DNA of 64,000 nucleotides from a virus: the IMG/VR virus record IMGVR_UViG_3300010413_000018, positions 32,001 through 96,000 of that record; one strand, given 5' to 3'. The position numbers and the translations under genes are program-made. The notes under the pieces were generated by a model. The model was not told the DNA's origin. It saw only the letters and a list, made by a program, of their open reading frames with translations, and made no database searches. This document shows positions 55,320-64,000 of this stretch, piece by piece (position 1 is the first letter of the stretch; every line of letters starts with the position of its first letter).

Positions 55320-55598
55320 TTATGGTAGCACACCGTCCGGATCGTATGGACTGCCAACTACTGGAATGTCACCGTAGAATGCTTGAATTCTAAAACCCGT
55401 TTTGGGAGCAACATTGAACTGGAACTCGGTGTCTGATATTTCAGTGATACCAAAATTATCGTCGTCTACCGGATAAATCAACCCATTGACCACACCGCGT
55501 AAAGTTCCTGCTAGATACGGAGTGGGTGTAGTAAAGTTACGGTTAACGCCATCGACGTCACCAGTAACATCAAAAATACCTGAACTTGCATCGCTCAC
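55320..55598 (-). CDS. Small beta-rich structural protein
   Basis: GDVDGVNRNFT...VNG...FNVAP. Confidence 0.55.
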   Translation of the reverse strand: MSDASSGIFDVTGDVDGVNRNFTTPTPYLAGTLRGVVNGLIYPVDDDNFGITEISDTEFQFNVAPKTGFRIQAFYGDIPVVGSPYDPDGVLP

Positions 55599-56482
55599 AC
55601 TTTCATTCTACCACTTTGTTTAGCTTCAAACACTTTCTTGGCGTCTGCATAACCTAGTGTCATCAATTTGCGATTTTTACTGGGAGAAAAGTCTAGACTA
55701 TCGCCAAGAGATTTTTCCGGTTGAACTACCGTAATATCGACCCACCGCTTATCATAAGCGTTACCTAGGTTCGCCGCCAGTTCATTGTGCAATTCTGCTT
55801 TTCGCAGGTCATCGCGACTAATTTCGCTGCACATAATATCCAGTACTCTTGAAACTTGTTCTAAGATGCTGGGATTGTTTTCTTTTTGAAAGTCAACTTT
55901 TTGAGGCCCACATGTAACTACAATTATTTTAGTAGCACCTAAGTCGAAGGCGGATCGTAACGGTGTGATATTTCTCAAGCCACCGTCGCTGTAAATTATT
56001 TCTTTTATTTTAACCGGTGAAAAGAAAATAGGGAAACTGCTCGATGCTTGAACACCTTGTACGATGTCCGGGCTTTTTTCATTCCACGTAGCGCATTCAC
56101 CGTCATTTAACGAAACACCGGTAATACGCAGTAGCTTTCCGGAACTGCGCAGCCGATCTACGTTCAAGTGCTTGTGTAGTAAGTTCCGCACTGGTTCAGT
56201 GTTGTAAACGCTGCCTTTCCAAAAAGCGGGTAAATACCACAACAATCCCCAGCACCATTTTTTATAAATCCAACTAGTATCAAGCTTAAGCCAAAGCTTT
56301 TCTAACTCAACCAACCCTGCGTATTCTTTACCGTGGCTGAACTGAGCTAGAAAAGCTGAATTAATTGCTCCTACAGAAACGCCGCAGTAAGCATCAGGAC
56401 GATAGCATTGGAGAATGTAGTCTAAAGCGCCTACTTCGTAGGCACCATTCGCTCCGCCACCTGATAGTACTACTGCTAGCAT
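55595..56482 (-). CDS. Patatin-like phospholipase
   Basis: LSGGGANGAY oxyanion loop, GVSVG nucleophile, ASSSFP..F.PV, DGG. Confidence 0.92.
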   Translation of the reverse strand: MLAVVLSGGGANGAYEVGALDYILQCYRPDAYCGVSVGAINSAFLAQFSHGKEYAGLVELEKLWLKLDTSWIYKKWCWGLLWYLPAFWKGSVYNTEPVRNLLHKHLNVDRLRSSGKLLRITGVSLNDGECATWNEKSPDIVQGVQASSSFPIFFSPVKIKEIIYSDGGLRNITPLRSAFDLGATKIIVVTCGPQKVDFQKENNPSILEQVSRVLDIMCSEISRDDLRKAELHNELAANLGNAYDKRWVDITVVQPEKSLGDSLDFSPSKNRKLMTLGYADAKKVFEAKQSGRMKV

Positions 56483-56520
56483 TTCCGCCTCCGTGTTAAA
56501 TTGTGAGTTTACTTACAGTA

Positions 56521-58020
56521 CTAATTGTATCCGCAAACTTCTTCGACGCCAGTGTATTGCGTGCAGGTTCCGCTTGTTGAAGTATCAAGCGAGCATGCCC
56601 ACATATATTCAGGACTGGCTTGATCCGGCCACTGATTCAAGTTCATCGTTACTCCGTCGCCGGTTCCGTACACGTCGGTGGAGGCGTCGTGTAAGCTTAC
56701 CCAAATACAAGTAGTTGTACTCCAATCTCCCCACAGTCCATTAGTAGCGTAGAACGAATTATTGCTGGAATCTACTGTAAGGTCTTTACCTTCGCGGTAC
56801 ATCTTATTGGTTTGTACCCATGATCGCGCGTGCCAACTTCCGGATGGTATATCAGTAATAGTTCCAGAAACGTAGCCACTCCATCCAATAAATGAAAACG
56901 CAATCGCTGACAAACTTGGGTCTCCACCTCCACCGTCTACTCCTGCATCTGGATCGGCGTCAGTAGTATCTTGTGCTTCACTGGAATACGTGCTTATTTC
57001 ATCCCCATCATTAACGGCAGCTATTCGATAAATGTACGTAGTACTCGCGCTCAGACTGACATCAGTATAATCAGTGGCTTCTGCGTCAGTAGTAGTGACA
57101 ACAGAATACGAACCTCCTGATTCTTTTCGCTCTATTTGGTAACCATACTCGCCGCTTGACGTGTCGTTCCATTCTAAGTCAATGCTGGAACTAGACGTTG
57201 CGGTAGCTGATAATCCGGTTGGTTGGTTGAGTAATACCAATGGAATAAATTCAAAGTCGTCTATAACTACTTCTTGCCAAGACGCAGGATCGTTGCCGTC
57301 CACTAACCAAAAATTTAATCGTGCATAAATTGGTTCAGTAGGGCATGGGTATACGCCATCACCGGTGCGTACTCCATCCGCAATGTAAACGCCATCTTTT
57401 ATTGAACTAAAAGTAATCGATGAAGGCATCCAACTAAACGAATGCTCGATGGCTCCAGTTCCAAACGTTTTTAAACTGTGGTCAGCCGTCGACGAGCTAT
57501 CTAGCCAGGTTACATACCATAAATTGTAATCCGGTGTTGAATCTCCCCAGTCACTTATTTCAATGTCAATCTCGTAATTATCGTACGCTGGCACGTCGTC
57601 ATAAGTAAACATTCCAAACACTACGTTCGGATCAAATGAATCTGGAGATCCGTTAGGCCCATTGTTCACGGTATATTTATAAATTCCGCAACCACTCACT
57701 GGCGTTTTAATTGAAACTGCTCCGTAATGGCTTAGGGCGGATTTGTAGTTCATTTTCATATGTAGACTGCCATATGCGTCGACCCATATGTCTTCTTCGT
57801 CGCCGCACCAATAGTTCGGGCCAGGACCGGCTGTGTTGCCTACTGAGCAGTAACCGCTTTTCACGTCCCACGTATAACCCGCAAAGTCAATGGTATCCAG
57901 CACTACTGCTGAAGACGTTTTACTTATTGGATCGTTTTGTGGTAACTGTGCGCAGCTATACACAATAGTTAGTGTCATGCTTATTATTAGCATAAGCAGT
58001 ATTTTAGTTAGGTGTTTCAT
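56521..58020 (-). CDS. Lipoprotein: GH16-like glycoside hydrolase + fibronectin type III domain + C-terminal domain
   Basis: Lipobox VYS-C; EIDIE catalytic motif; PTGLSATATSSSSIDLEWND...YIYRIAAVN (FN3); DPDAGVDGG linker. Confidence 0.8.
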   Translation of the reverse strand: MKHLTKILLMLIISMTLTIVYSCAQLPQNDPISKTSSAVVLDTIDFAGYTWDVKSGYCSVGNTAGPGPNYWCGDEEDIWVDAYGSLHMKMNYKSALSHYGAVSIKTPVSGCGIYKYTVNNGPNGSPDSFDPNVVFGMFTYDDVPAYDNYEIDIEISDWGDSTPDYNLWYVTWLDSSSTADHSLKTFGTGAIEHSFSWMPSSITFSSIKDGVYIADGVRTGDGVYPCPTEPIYARLNFWLVDGNDPASWQEVVIDDFEFIPLVLLNQPTGLSATATSSSSIDLEWNDTSSGEYGYQIERKESGGSYSVVTTTDAEATDYTDVSLSASTTYIYRIAAVNDGDEISTYSSEAQDTTDADPDAGVDGGGGDPSLSAIAFSFIGWSGYVSGTITDIPSGSWHARSWVQTNKMYREGKDLTVDSSNNSFYATNGLWGDWSTTTCIWVSLHDASTDVYGTGDGVTMNLNQWPDQASPEYMWACSLDTSTSGTCTQYTGVEEVCGYN

Positions 58021-58037
58021 ACTTCTCTCCGGTTGGG

Positions 58038-58595
58038 TTAACGGGTATCAATGATTGCGTTAACCTCGTCAATGGTTGTGGCAGCGTTAATTGCTACCTT
58101 CAAATTTGTGCCGATGTCTATCTTGCCTTTTAAAGTTCCTAAGCCAGTAGCGTAAAAAGCAAGCATTGTCGCGACGTCTTCAACGTCATAGTAGGTAGTG
58201 TCATCTTTTGACATCCAACGAATTGGAAATGGAGCGTTGGCTCCTGCAATTACGCAACCCATAATACGCGCTTGGGATTCAACAGACGCGGAAAATTTAA
58301 TTCCTTCAAATTCAAAACCTTCATCAACTAGTTCGCGCGTGCGCTTATCAATTTCTTCGCGCCGTTGGACCTTTAAGTTTTCCAGTACTTGAGGATCATG
58401 CGCGGCTATTAATGCATCCAGAGTAGCGGTTTGCTCAACAGAAAGTTCGTCAGCAAACGTTAATACCAACGATAACCCATCTTTTGAAAAAGCAATTCCT
58501 GCTGGGTCTGGAATGGTTTCTTCTGCTTCTAGCTGATTCAGCAAAAACGTAAAGTTAATGGAGTCTTTTTCTATGCTATAACTTGTACTATACAT
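58038..58595 (-). CDS. DUF4376-like fibre assembly protein
   Basis: LKVQRREEIDKRT...GFEFEG...W...D...LKVAINAATTIDEVNAI. Confidence 0.65.
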   Translation of the reverse strand: MYSTSYSIEKDSINFTFLLNQLEAEETIPDPAGIAFSKDGLSLVLTFADELSVEQTATLDALIAAHDPQVLENLKVQRREEIDKRTRELVDEGFEFEGIKFSASVESQARIMGCVIAGANAPFPIRWMSKDDTTYYDVEDVATMLAFYATGLGTLKGKIDIGTNLKVAINAATTIDEVNAIIDTR

Positions 58596-59337
58596 AACGC
58601 CGTACCTTCATGGAGCGCGCCTCGGCTATTACTTTGCGCCCTCTGTATGCCCACCATCTCATGCTAATGATTTGTCCTACTTGTAAGTTTGGAATACCAG
58701 CATCGGTTTGTACTGCAACGTACGATTCTGCTTCAACAATACGCCGTGTTTCAGGTAACATTTCATCATCCACGTAAATTGCTACAAATACAGTTTCAGA
58801 ACTTTTCAAGCATGCAAACTGTCCGTTGAATTCTACTTCATAATTACCCGCGATTTCAACAAGTTTTTCCATCCCATACATTAAGATCGGTTCTGTTGAT
58901 TTAGTGTAAATCAATCCGGTTTCTACGATGCGTTCTGGAGTAAAAATAATTGTGCCTGCTCCAACGAATATGACGTTAGATGATTTAACTTTCTTTTTTC
59001 GCCACCCGTCTTCACTATCTTCTACTAAAAAAATGTCGTCTTCGTCTACCAGTTCTTTTTCCGGTGCATCGTTGAAACTGTAAATACTAGCAGTGCTAAC
59101 CACTGGCATTGCAACATTTAGCGATTCATCTTGAGAAAGGTCACGCGAACCGTCATTTAAAATGCACTTCCCAGTTGTAATGTAAGCTTGTAATTGTGGA
59201 TCCGCTTGAATCTCATACACTTTGTTGGTAGCAGTTAGGTCAACATCAACACCAGGTAAAAGCGTGCGGTTTTCTACGTTTAAATTGTCAATAGGAAGCG
59301 CAGCTGCCGTGACGTTTCGCACAATAATAGTGGCCAC
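58588..59337 (-). CDS. Fibre/decoration structural protein
   Basis: DDIFLVEDSED..KKKVK motif; C-terminal jelly-roll-like domain. Confidence 0.5.
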   Translation of the reverse strand: MATIIVRNVTAAALPIDNLNVENRTLLPGVDVDLTATNKVYEIQADPQLQAYITTGKCILNDGSRDLSQDESLNVAMPVVSTASIYSFNDAPEKELVDEDDIFLVEDSEDGWRKKKVKSSNVIFVGAGTIIFTPERIVETGLIYTKSTEPILMYGMEKLVEIAGNYEVEFNGQFACLKSSETVFVAIYVDDEMLPETRRIVEAESYVAVQTDAGIPNLQVGQIISMRWWAYRGRKVIAEARSMKVRRYV

Positions 59338-59338
59338 G

Positions 59339-60052
59339 TTACACCCTCCATCTTATTTCTAAATCCACGGATGCGTATTGAGTTGGGTTCCCTCCGGCTT
59401 TATTACGTACCGCGATTATGTCTCCTTGCTCAAAATCGCCATCAAGGTGATTATAGAAACCACTTATTTCGGTGGACGCGAGTTCAGCTATTGGATTGCC
59501 TGATGCTGTTACTTCAAACGTTGCAGCAACAGGTGTGTCCCGCGTGTAATTTATTGAAACTACTGTTCCTTTATACTTGGCTGCGAGACCTCGTGTAGCT
59601 GACATTGCACGCCCATCACTGCCGCGATAGTACGCACCCGCTGCCGTGACACCATTTCGTTCAGCGTGAAGTTGAAATGTAACTGTTGATAGCCACTTTC
59701 CACACACTATATCGTACTGCATTTCCATGCCGATTAACGTGTTAAAGTATCGATCGCCATCTTCACCTTCTTCCGGATCCGCTTCAGAATCTGGGTAACG
59801 GCGAGAAGTGTGTTTGGGCGTTAAACCAGCGACTACTACTGCGGCTTTTTCTGCTTCTGTCATTTCTATAAAATAGGCGCTTGCAATTTTCTGGTAGCAT
59901 AACAGCACGTTTTTTACTGGAGTGGCGCTCCAATCAAGTGGAACGATCGTATTTTCTGCCGGATCATAGTCGTTTAAAAAATCAGAAAAACCATACCGTA
60001 GCACGGCACCGGTTACAGTATGAATTACAGCATTTCGATTATCAGTAGGCAT
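59339..60052 (-). CDS. Fibre/decoration structural protein
   Basis: DPEEGEDGDRYFNT knob motif; beta-rich C-terminus. Confidence 0.5.
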   Translation of the reverse strand: MPTDNRNAVIHTVTGAVLRYGFSDFLNDYDPAENTIVPLDWSATPVKNVLLCYQKIASAYFIEMTEAEKAAVVVAGLTPKHTSRRYPDSEADPEEGEDGDRYFNTLIGMEMQYDIVCGKWLSTVTFQLHAERNGVTAAGAYYRGSDGRAMSATRGLAAKYKGTVVSINYTRDTPVAATFEVTASGNPIAELASTEISGFYNHLDGDFEQGDIIAVRNKAGGNPTQYASVDLEIRWRV

Positions 60053-61210
60053 TTAGCAAAAATCCCAAAATCCTTTTGCCCAAACTGTAAGAGCACAGCT
60101 TGCGCTGAAGTTAATGTATTGAATGTAGCGGGTGGTGGATGCCCAAATCTTAAATACTGCGGCAGAAGTTGCGCTGTTACCATTGGCTCCAGCATAAATG
60201 ATAAATGGTGGATCGCCTTGCGACGAATCTTTATTTCGCATCGCCGCGCTCTGATCATAATTCGCCGCCGTATAACGACACATTAAATAAACAAACAAGC
60301 CGGTTGGAGGAATACGAGCGCCAAGATAAATATCAGTCCATGAAGTCGCAGCACCGTTTGTTAGCATTTCAATATTGTCTTCATCTTCTTCATCGTACGA
60401 GCAGTAACGTTCTCGTCCTAGGTCGCTCTTGTAATCAAACATAAAAAAGTCGCTGCTACCATTGTTTATTACGCTGCCAATTCTACGGTATTTTGTGTAC
60501 CCACTCGGTAACGTCGGTGATGTTGAGCTTAGGCTAAGCAAACCGGCATAAGTGGTGGTGGTCGGATTGTAAATCACGTAGATATAGTACCAATACCACG
60601 CGCCCTCACTACCCGTGTCGAGTCCATTGGCTCCAGATTGTGAAATGTCTACCGTTAGCGTAGATGTTAAAACCATATTAAACGTGTCGGCTTGATCGCG
60701 ACATACACCTGCCTCAATATCGATTTGGTAAGCAGGATTTGACGCATTATTGTACGTCTTAAAGCCGTACATGTAGCCGGTCGGAAAAACAGTTTCCCCA
60801 CCCCCAGCTCCTGGCGGTTCCGCCCAATTACCATCAGCGCGTAAATAATTTGTAGTGCCTCCTCCTAGCTTCGGCAGTAAACCGTGGGCACTGGTTGAAG
60901 CATTAAGATCTGTATTGTCGTCGGCTGCAGCAAGATCATCAATTTTTATCGCGTCGCCACCGCCACTTTGATGGGTGGATGCATGAGCACTTACGTCTGC
61001 AGTTACATCGTCCCATGCGTCGTTCGCATCATTGCGCCGGTATAATTTGTCTTCGTCAGATCGCCAGAACAATTCTTTAGCGGTAGGAGTGCCTGGAAAA
61101 CTGGTACCGCTAGGAACAATCAGTGTTCCGCCGTTATCTCGATCAAAAATGTACTGGCCGGTTATTGTTCTAGGCGTTGAGCTGTCGATAACTATGTATG
61201 AAACTGGCAT
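60053..61210 (-). CDS. Fibre protein
   Basis: HASTHQSGGGDAI, YLRADGNW, GLDTGS...WYYIYVI...PTLPSGYTKYRRIG. Confidence 0.6.
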   Translation of the reverse strand: MPVSYIVIDSSTPRTITGQYIFDRDNGGTLIVPSGTSFPGTPTAKELFWRSDEDKLYRRNDANDAWDDVTADVSAHASTHQSGGGDAIKIDDLAAADDNTDLNASTSAHGLLPKLGGGTTNYLRADGNWAEPPGAGGGETVFPTGYMYGFKTYNNASNPAYQIDIEAGVCRDQADTFNMVLTSTLTVDISQSGANGLDTGSEGAWYWYYIYVIYNPTTTTYAGLLSLSSTSPTLPSGYTKYRRIGSVINNGSSDFFMFDYKSDLGRERYCSYDEEDEDNIEMLTNGAATSWTDIYLGARIPPTGLFVYLMCRYTAANYDQSAAMRNKDSSQGDPPFIIYAGANGNSATSAAVFKIWASTTRYIQYINFSASCALTVWAKGFWDFC

Positions 61211-61834
61211 CTAACTTCTCACACAGGTGACTGATTGAATTTTTCCGCTACTGTAAGTGTATGTGTACGTAAGTGTTTCTACCAAAGTTCCTGCACCGTT
61301 ATATTGCTTGGTCGTTTCTGTAGCAACACGACCACTTGAATAAGTGTAATCGTACTCACGTATCTTTAAAGTTTTACCAGAATTTGTCCAAACAGTCACA
61401 TTGCTGATTTCGTTGCCGTTGTAAGTGTATTCTTCGTAGTAGTCTTCATCTAACTCATGCGCTAACGTGTCGAGGGTACGATGATTGTCTGCCGACAGTT
61501 TATCGGTTAGGTCGATTTCACTGCCGGCAGAATCCGGAATCCAGAATAACCCATCGTCGCCAGTCTTTTTGTAAAGACGCCCTTCACCGTCTGACGGATT
61601 GCCAGGCGCAGAAGTGTCTTCCAGCTCGATATAACCATCAATACGGCTATCACCGAGCATATGCGCTAATGCGCTGGTTGAACCAATCTGAAGCTCCTCG
61701 CCAGCACCTAACGTTGAACCTATTACTAAGTCACCAGATGCTTGCTTTCTCTCGAACGCGTCTGCCTGCAAGGCCTCATCATTAGCTACTTGCGCCAGGA
61801 AACCGTCAGATCCGAGTATTAGTGCGAGTGCCAT
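61211..61834 (-). CDS. Structural protein with YD-like YTY repeats
   Basis: APGNPSDGEGRLY; YTYNG, YTYSSG x2. Confidence 0.5.
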   Translation of the reverse strand: MALALILGSDGFLAQVANDEALQADAFERKQASGDLVIGSTLGAGEELQIGSTSALAHMLGDSRIDGYIELEDTSAPGNPSDGEGRLYKKTGDDGLFWIPDSAGSEIDLTDKLSADNHRTLDTLAHELDEDYYEEYTYNGNEISNVTVWTNSGKTLKIREYDYTYSSGRVATETTKQYNGAGTLVETLTYTYTYSSGKIQSVTCVRS

Positions 61835-62733
61835 TATTTGCCAATTTTAAACCTCTTCCCAACTTGTTCCGGTGCGTAACGGCAAATAACGACTTTGTCT
61901 TTCGCTAGAATGTTCGTGATCGCATACCCTTCAGGCAGCTGTGATTGCATCAAGTCGAGAACTTCGTTTACTGCTATTTCCATGTCCGCTTGCGCGGCTT
62001 GATAGCGTTCGTTGGCGCGTAGAGCTTGCGCTATTTCCATGTTCAGTCGACGTTGAGCTTCTTCTTTTGCTTTAGTGCGTATCGGATTGGCGATGTTTGC
62101 CATGGCCAATTCAGACGCTTGCACTTTGTACGCTTGCAAATCTGGAAGAGTTAGTTGGATGACTGGATTCTCGCCGTCATTTTGACCTTGTACCGCTTGC
62201 TTTGGGATTAACGGTTGAACGGTAGCTGGTTTATTTACAGCTACTGGTGAGGGTTGAATTGGAGGCGCAGCCGCTATTTTAGGCTGACCAGTCGGTGGTG
62301 ACGGTGGTTTGACTTCAGCTTTGGGCTTTACAGCGCTCGCAATAGGCGTGATGTTGCCTATTTCCGCAGCTCTATTTGCCATTTCACGTCGTCTGGCACG
62401 TTCTTCCATTTCGCGCTTTTTTCTTTCTAGGCGCGCTTGCCGCGCTGCATCTCGATCATCGTCACCGTTTTCAGGTTCCGGAGGTTCACTCATCGGTTGA
62501 ACAACTGGCTGAGCAACTTGCACAGGAGCGGGCTCTAAAGGTGTAAGTTGCTCAGCTATTGGTTGAGTGGGTTCCGGGTCTAACGCCGTTTGTTCGTCAG
62601 CAGCCGTATCCATTTGAAGTTGCGGCTCTTCTACTTTCTTTCTACGTGTGTACTTTCTCTTCGGCGCGGTAGACGTTTTAACACTCTTCTTTTTAGTTGT
62701 TGCTTTTTTAGTTCTGGCTTTCTTTTCTGGCAT
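61834..62733 (-). CDS. Hypothetical protein: Lys-rich N-terminus, Pro-rich linker, coiled coil
   Basis: 299 aa; AAGGAAAGGA RBS. Confidence 0.6.
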   Translation of the reverse strand: MPEKKARTKKATTKKKSVKTSTAPKRKYTRRKKVEEPQLQMDTAADEQTALDPEPTQPIAEQLTPLEPAPVQVAQPVVQPMSEPPEPENGDDDRDAARQARLERKKREMEERARRREMANRAAEIGNITPIASAVKPKAEVKPPSPPTGQPKIAAAPPIQPSPVAVNKPATVQPLIPKQAVQGQNDGENPVIQLTLPDLQAYKVQASELAMANIANPIRTKAKEEAQRRLNMEIAQALRANERYQAAQADMEIAVNEVLDLMQSQLPEGYAITNILAKDKVVICRYAPEQVGKRFKIGK

Positions 62734-62780
62734 AACGGTCCTTTCCTTCCCTTTTGGAAACGTTATTTATGGGTTACTGA

Positions 62781-64000
62781 TTATCCACGAATGATCGTGG
62801 GTCCGGGATCCAAGAAGAACTGCGTGGACGTAAAGGCCCAACCCAAACGCTTGAACGCATCTCCCGCATCCGACGGCGCCGAACCTAACGCAACCGGTCG
62901 GCCGGTTCCATCGGGTCCAAATAGAGCCGCAGCAGCGGTGAACGAAGCACCCGAGTCGGTAACCAAGCTGCCCGGCATGGCTATTTCCGCTCGAACCGTA
63001 CCACCCGCGTCACCGGTTCCGCCCGTAAGCGCAATACCGATAAACTTCGAGTTGGTGTTCGCGTTGCCGTTCCATTGAGTGATCCGACCAGAAGTCGAAG
63101 ACTGCGCCAAGCAGTCACCGGCCGTAATCGTTACACCGTTTTCAATCGGCAGTTCTTGAGTCGCGCCAGTAGCAACAACCGAAGCCAACGCATTCAAAGC
63201 ACCGATGATGCTCGTAATGCCTTCAAAAACTTCGCCAGTGCCAGTCGCGTCGAGGGTACGATCGCCAGTTTGTGACAGCGTAATACCGCTGTTACCAACG
63301 TCGTCTAGTACTAGTTCGCCAGCTGCTGAATCCAAGCTGAGGTTTCCAGCCGAAGTCGAAATGGCTGAAGCAGCTCCGCCCGAGATGTCAAACCCACCAG
63401 CACCCGCGTTCAGGTCGAGCGCGATCGCGTTGAGTTCAACTTCAGTTGAGGAACCGTTACCAACAACGATGGTTCGCGCTGCAGCGCCAGTACCAATGTT
63501 GATGTTCTGTGCTACTGCGTCAGCGCCGATGCTTATTGCTCCACCGGAACTTTCAATGGCGATAGCGCCAGTTGCGTCTATTTCGATGGTAGAAGCGTCT
63601 ACGTCTAGCAGAGCCGCTGACGAAATTGCCAACGTTCCTAAAGTCGTGGTTGACAAAGTCAATCCAGCACTCGCAACCGTGAAATAGGAAGCTGCCGCAG
63701 CATCCAGCTCGATTCCGCCAGCTGCACTTACGTCTAACTTCCCAGCACCCGCTGCAGTGATCGCAACGTTCTGGCCGCTGGTCGGAGTAAGAGCAACCGC
63801 ACCTGCACCGTCAACTACCATCACGCTGGAACCGCCGTCTTGCACGTCGAGAGCGTTGCCGCTTCCGCCGTTGTCGATTTCCACGCCAGTGCCAGTCGCG
63901 TTGGCACCCATGGTAACCTGCAAACCAATACCACCAGTTGACGAAGTCGGAGTACGACTAACGGTCAACACGGTCGTGGTGTCACTATTGGTGTCGTTAG
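62781..64000 (-). CDS. Long Gly/Ala-rich fibre with C-terminal DUF2190/capsid-cement-like domain; 5'-truncated
   Basis: Frame open to the window end; beta-helix-like repeats; ITAGDCL...FIGIAL...G...KRLGWA terminal domain. Confidence 0.6.
   Translation of the reverse strand, partial: NDTNSDTTTVLTVSRTPTSSTGGIGLQVTMGANATGTGVEIDNGGSGNALDVQDGGSSVMVVDGAGAVALTPTSGQNVAITAAGAGKLDVSAAGGIELDAAAASYFTVASAGLTLSTTTLGTLAISSAALLDVDASTIEIDATGAIAIESSGGAISIGADAVAQNINIGTGAAARTIVVGNGSSTEVELNAIALDLNAGAGGFDISGGAASAISTSAGNLSLDSAAGELVLDDVGNSGITLSQTGDRTLDATGTGEVFEGITSIIGALNALASVVATGATQELPIENGVTITAGDCLAQSSTSGRITQWNGNANTNSKFIGIALTGGTGDAGGTVRAEIAMPGSLVTDSGASFTAAAALFGPDGTGRPVALGSAPSDAGDAFKRLGWAFTSTQFFLDPGPTIIRG

Noticed and set aside
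55595-56482. CBASS operon
   Set aside because: The patatin has no adjacent CD-NTase or Cap2/Cap3 genes
1-64000. Stop-codon reassignment, tRNAs, CRISPR array, diversity-generating retroelement, integrase
   Set aside because: Core genes are intact in the standard code; no cloverleaf, repeat-spacer array, reverse transcriptase or recombinase was seen by eye

Overview
This 64-kb window is an internal segment of a large tailed dsDNA phage with a contractile tail (myovirus morphology). It is densely coded, almost entirely on the minus strand, and reads normally in the standard bacterial code. (1) About 1-21.9 kb is a T4/SPO1-style replication, recombination and nucleotide-metabolism module. It holds Rad50/Mre11 (SbcC/SbcD), ThyX, RecA, a gp32-like SSB, dCMP deaminase, a UvsY-like mediator, a family-A DNA polymerase fused to a family-4 UDG-like domain, primase, a DnaB-like helicase with a LAGLIDADG intein, an SF2 helicase and HTH proteins. 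It also holds a palindrome-rich AT-rich intergenic region, an AdoMetDC-like decarboxylase, a stand-alone TSCPD domain and a caspase-fold His/Cys protein. (2) About 21.9-29 kb is an early/accessory block with sigma70-like promoters, a phage sigma factor, a MoxR AAA+ ATPase, a VWA-metallopeptidase and paralogous zinc-finger proteins. (3) About 29.1-32.9 kb holds a resolvase, a HAD phosphatase, a dNTP-diphosphohydrolase-like protein and an atypical lysis cassette. (4) About 32.9-64 kb is the morphogenesis operon: baseplate, spike, hub, tape measure, a tail chaperone with a candidate -1 frameshift, tube, sheath, neck proteins and fibre/decoration proteins. A patatin phospholipase and a GH16-FN3 lipoprotein are inserted in it. 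I saw no capsid, portal, terminase, integrase, tRNA or CRISPR array in the window. All family calls come from motif recognition by eye; no database search was run.
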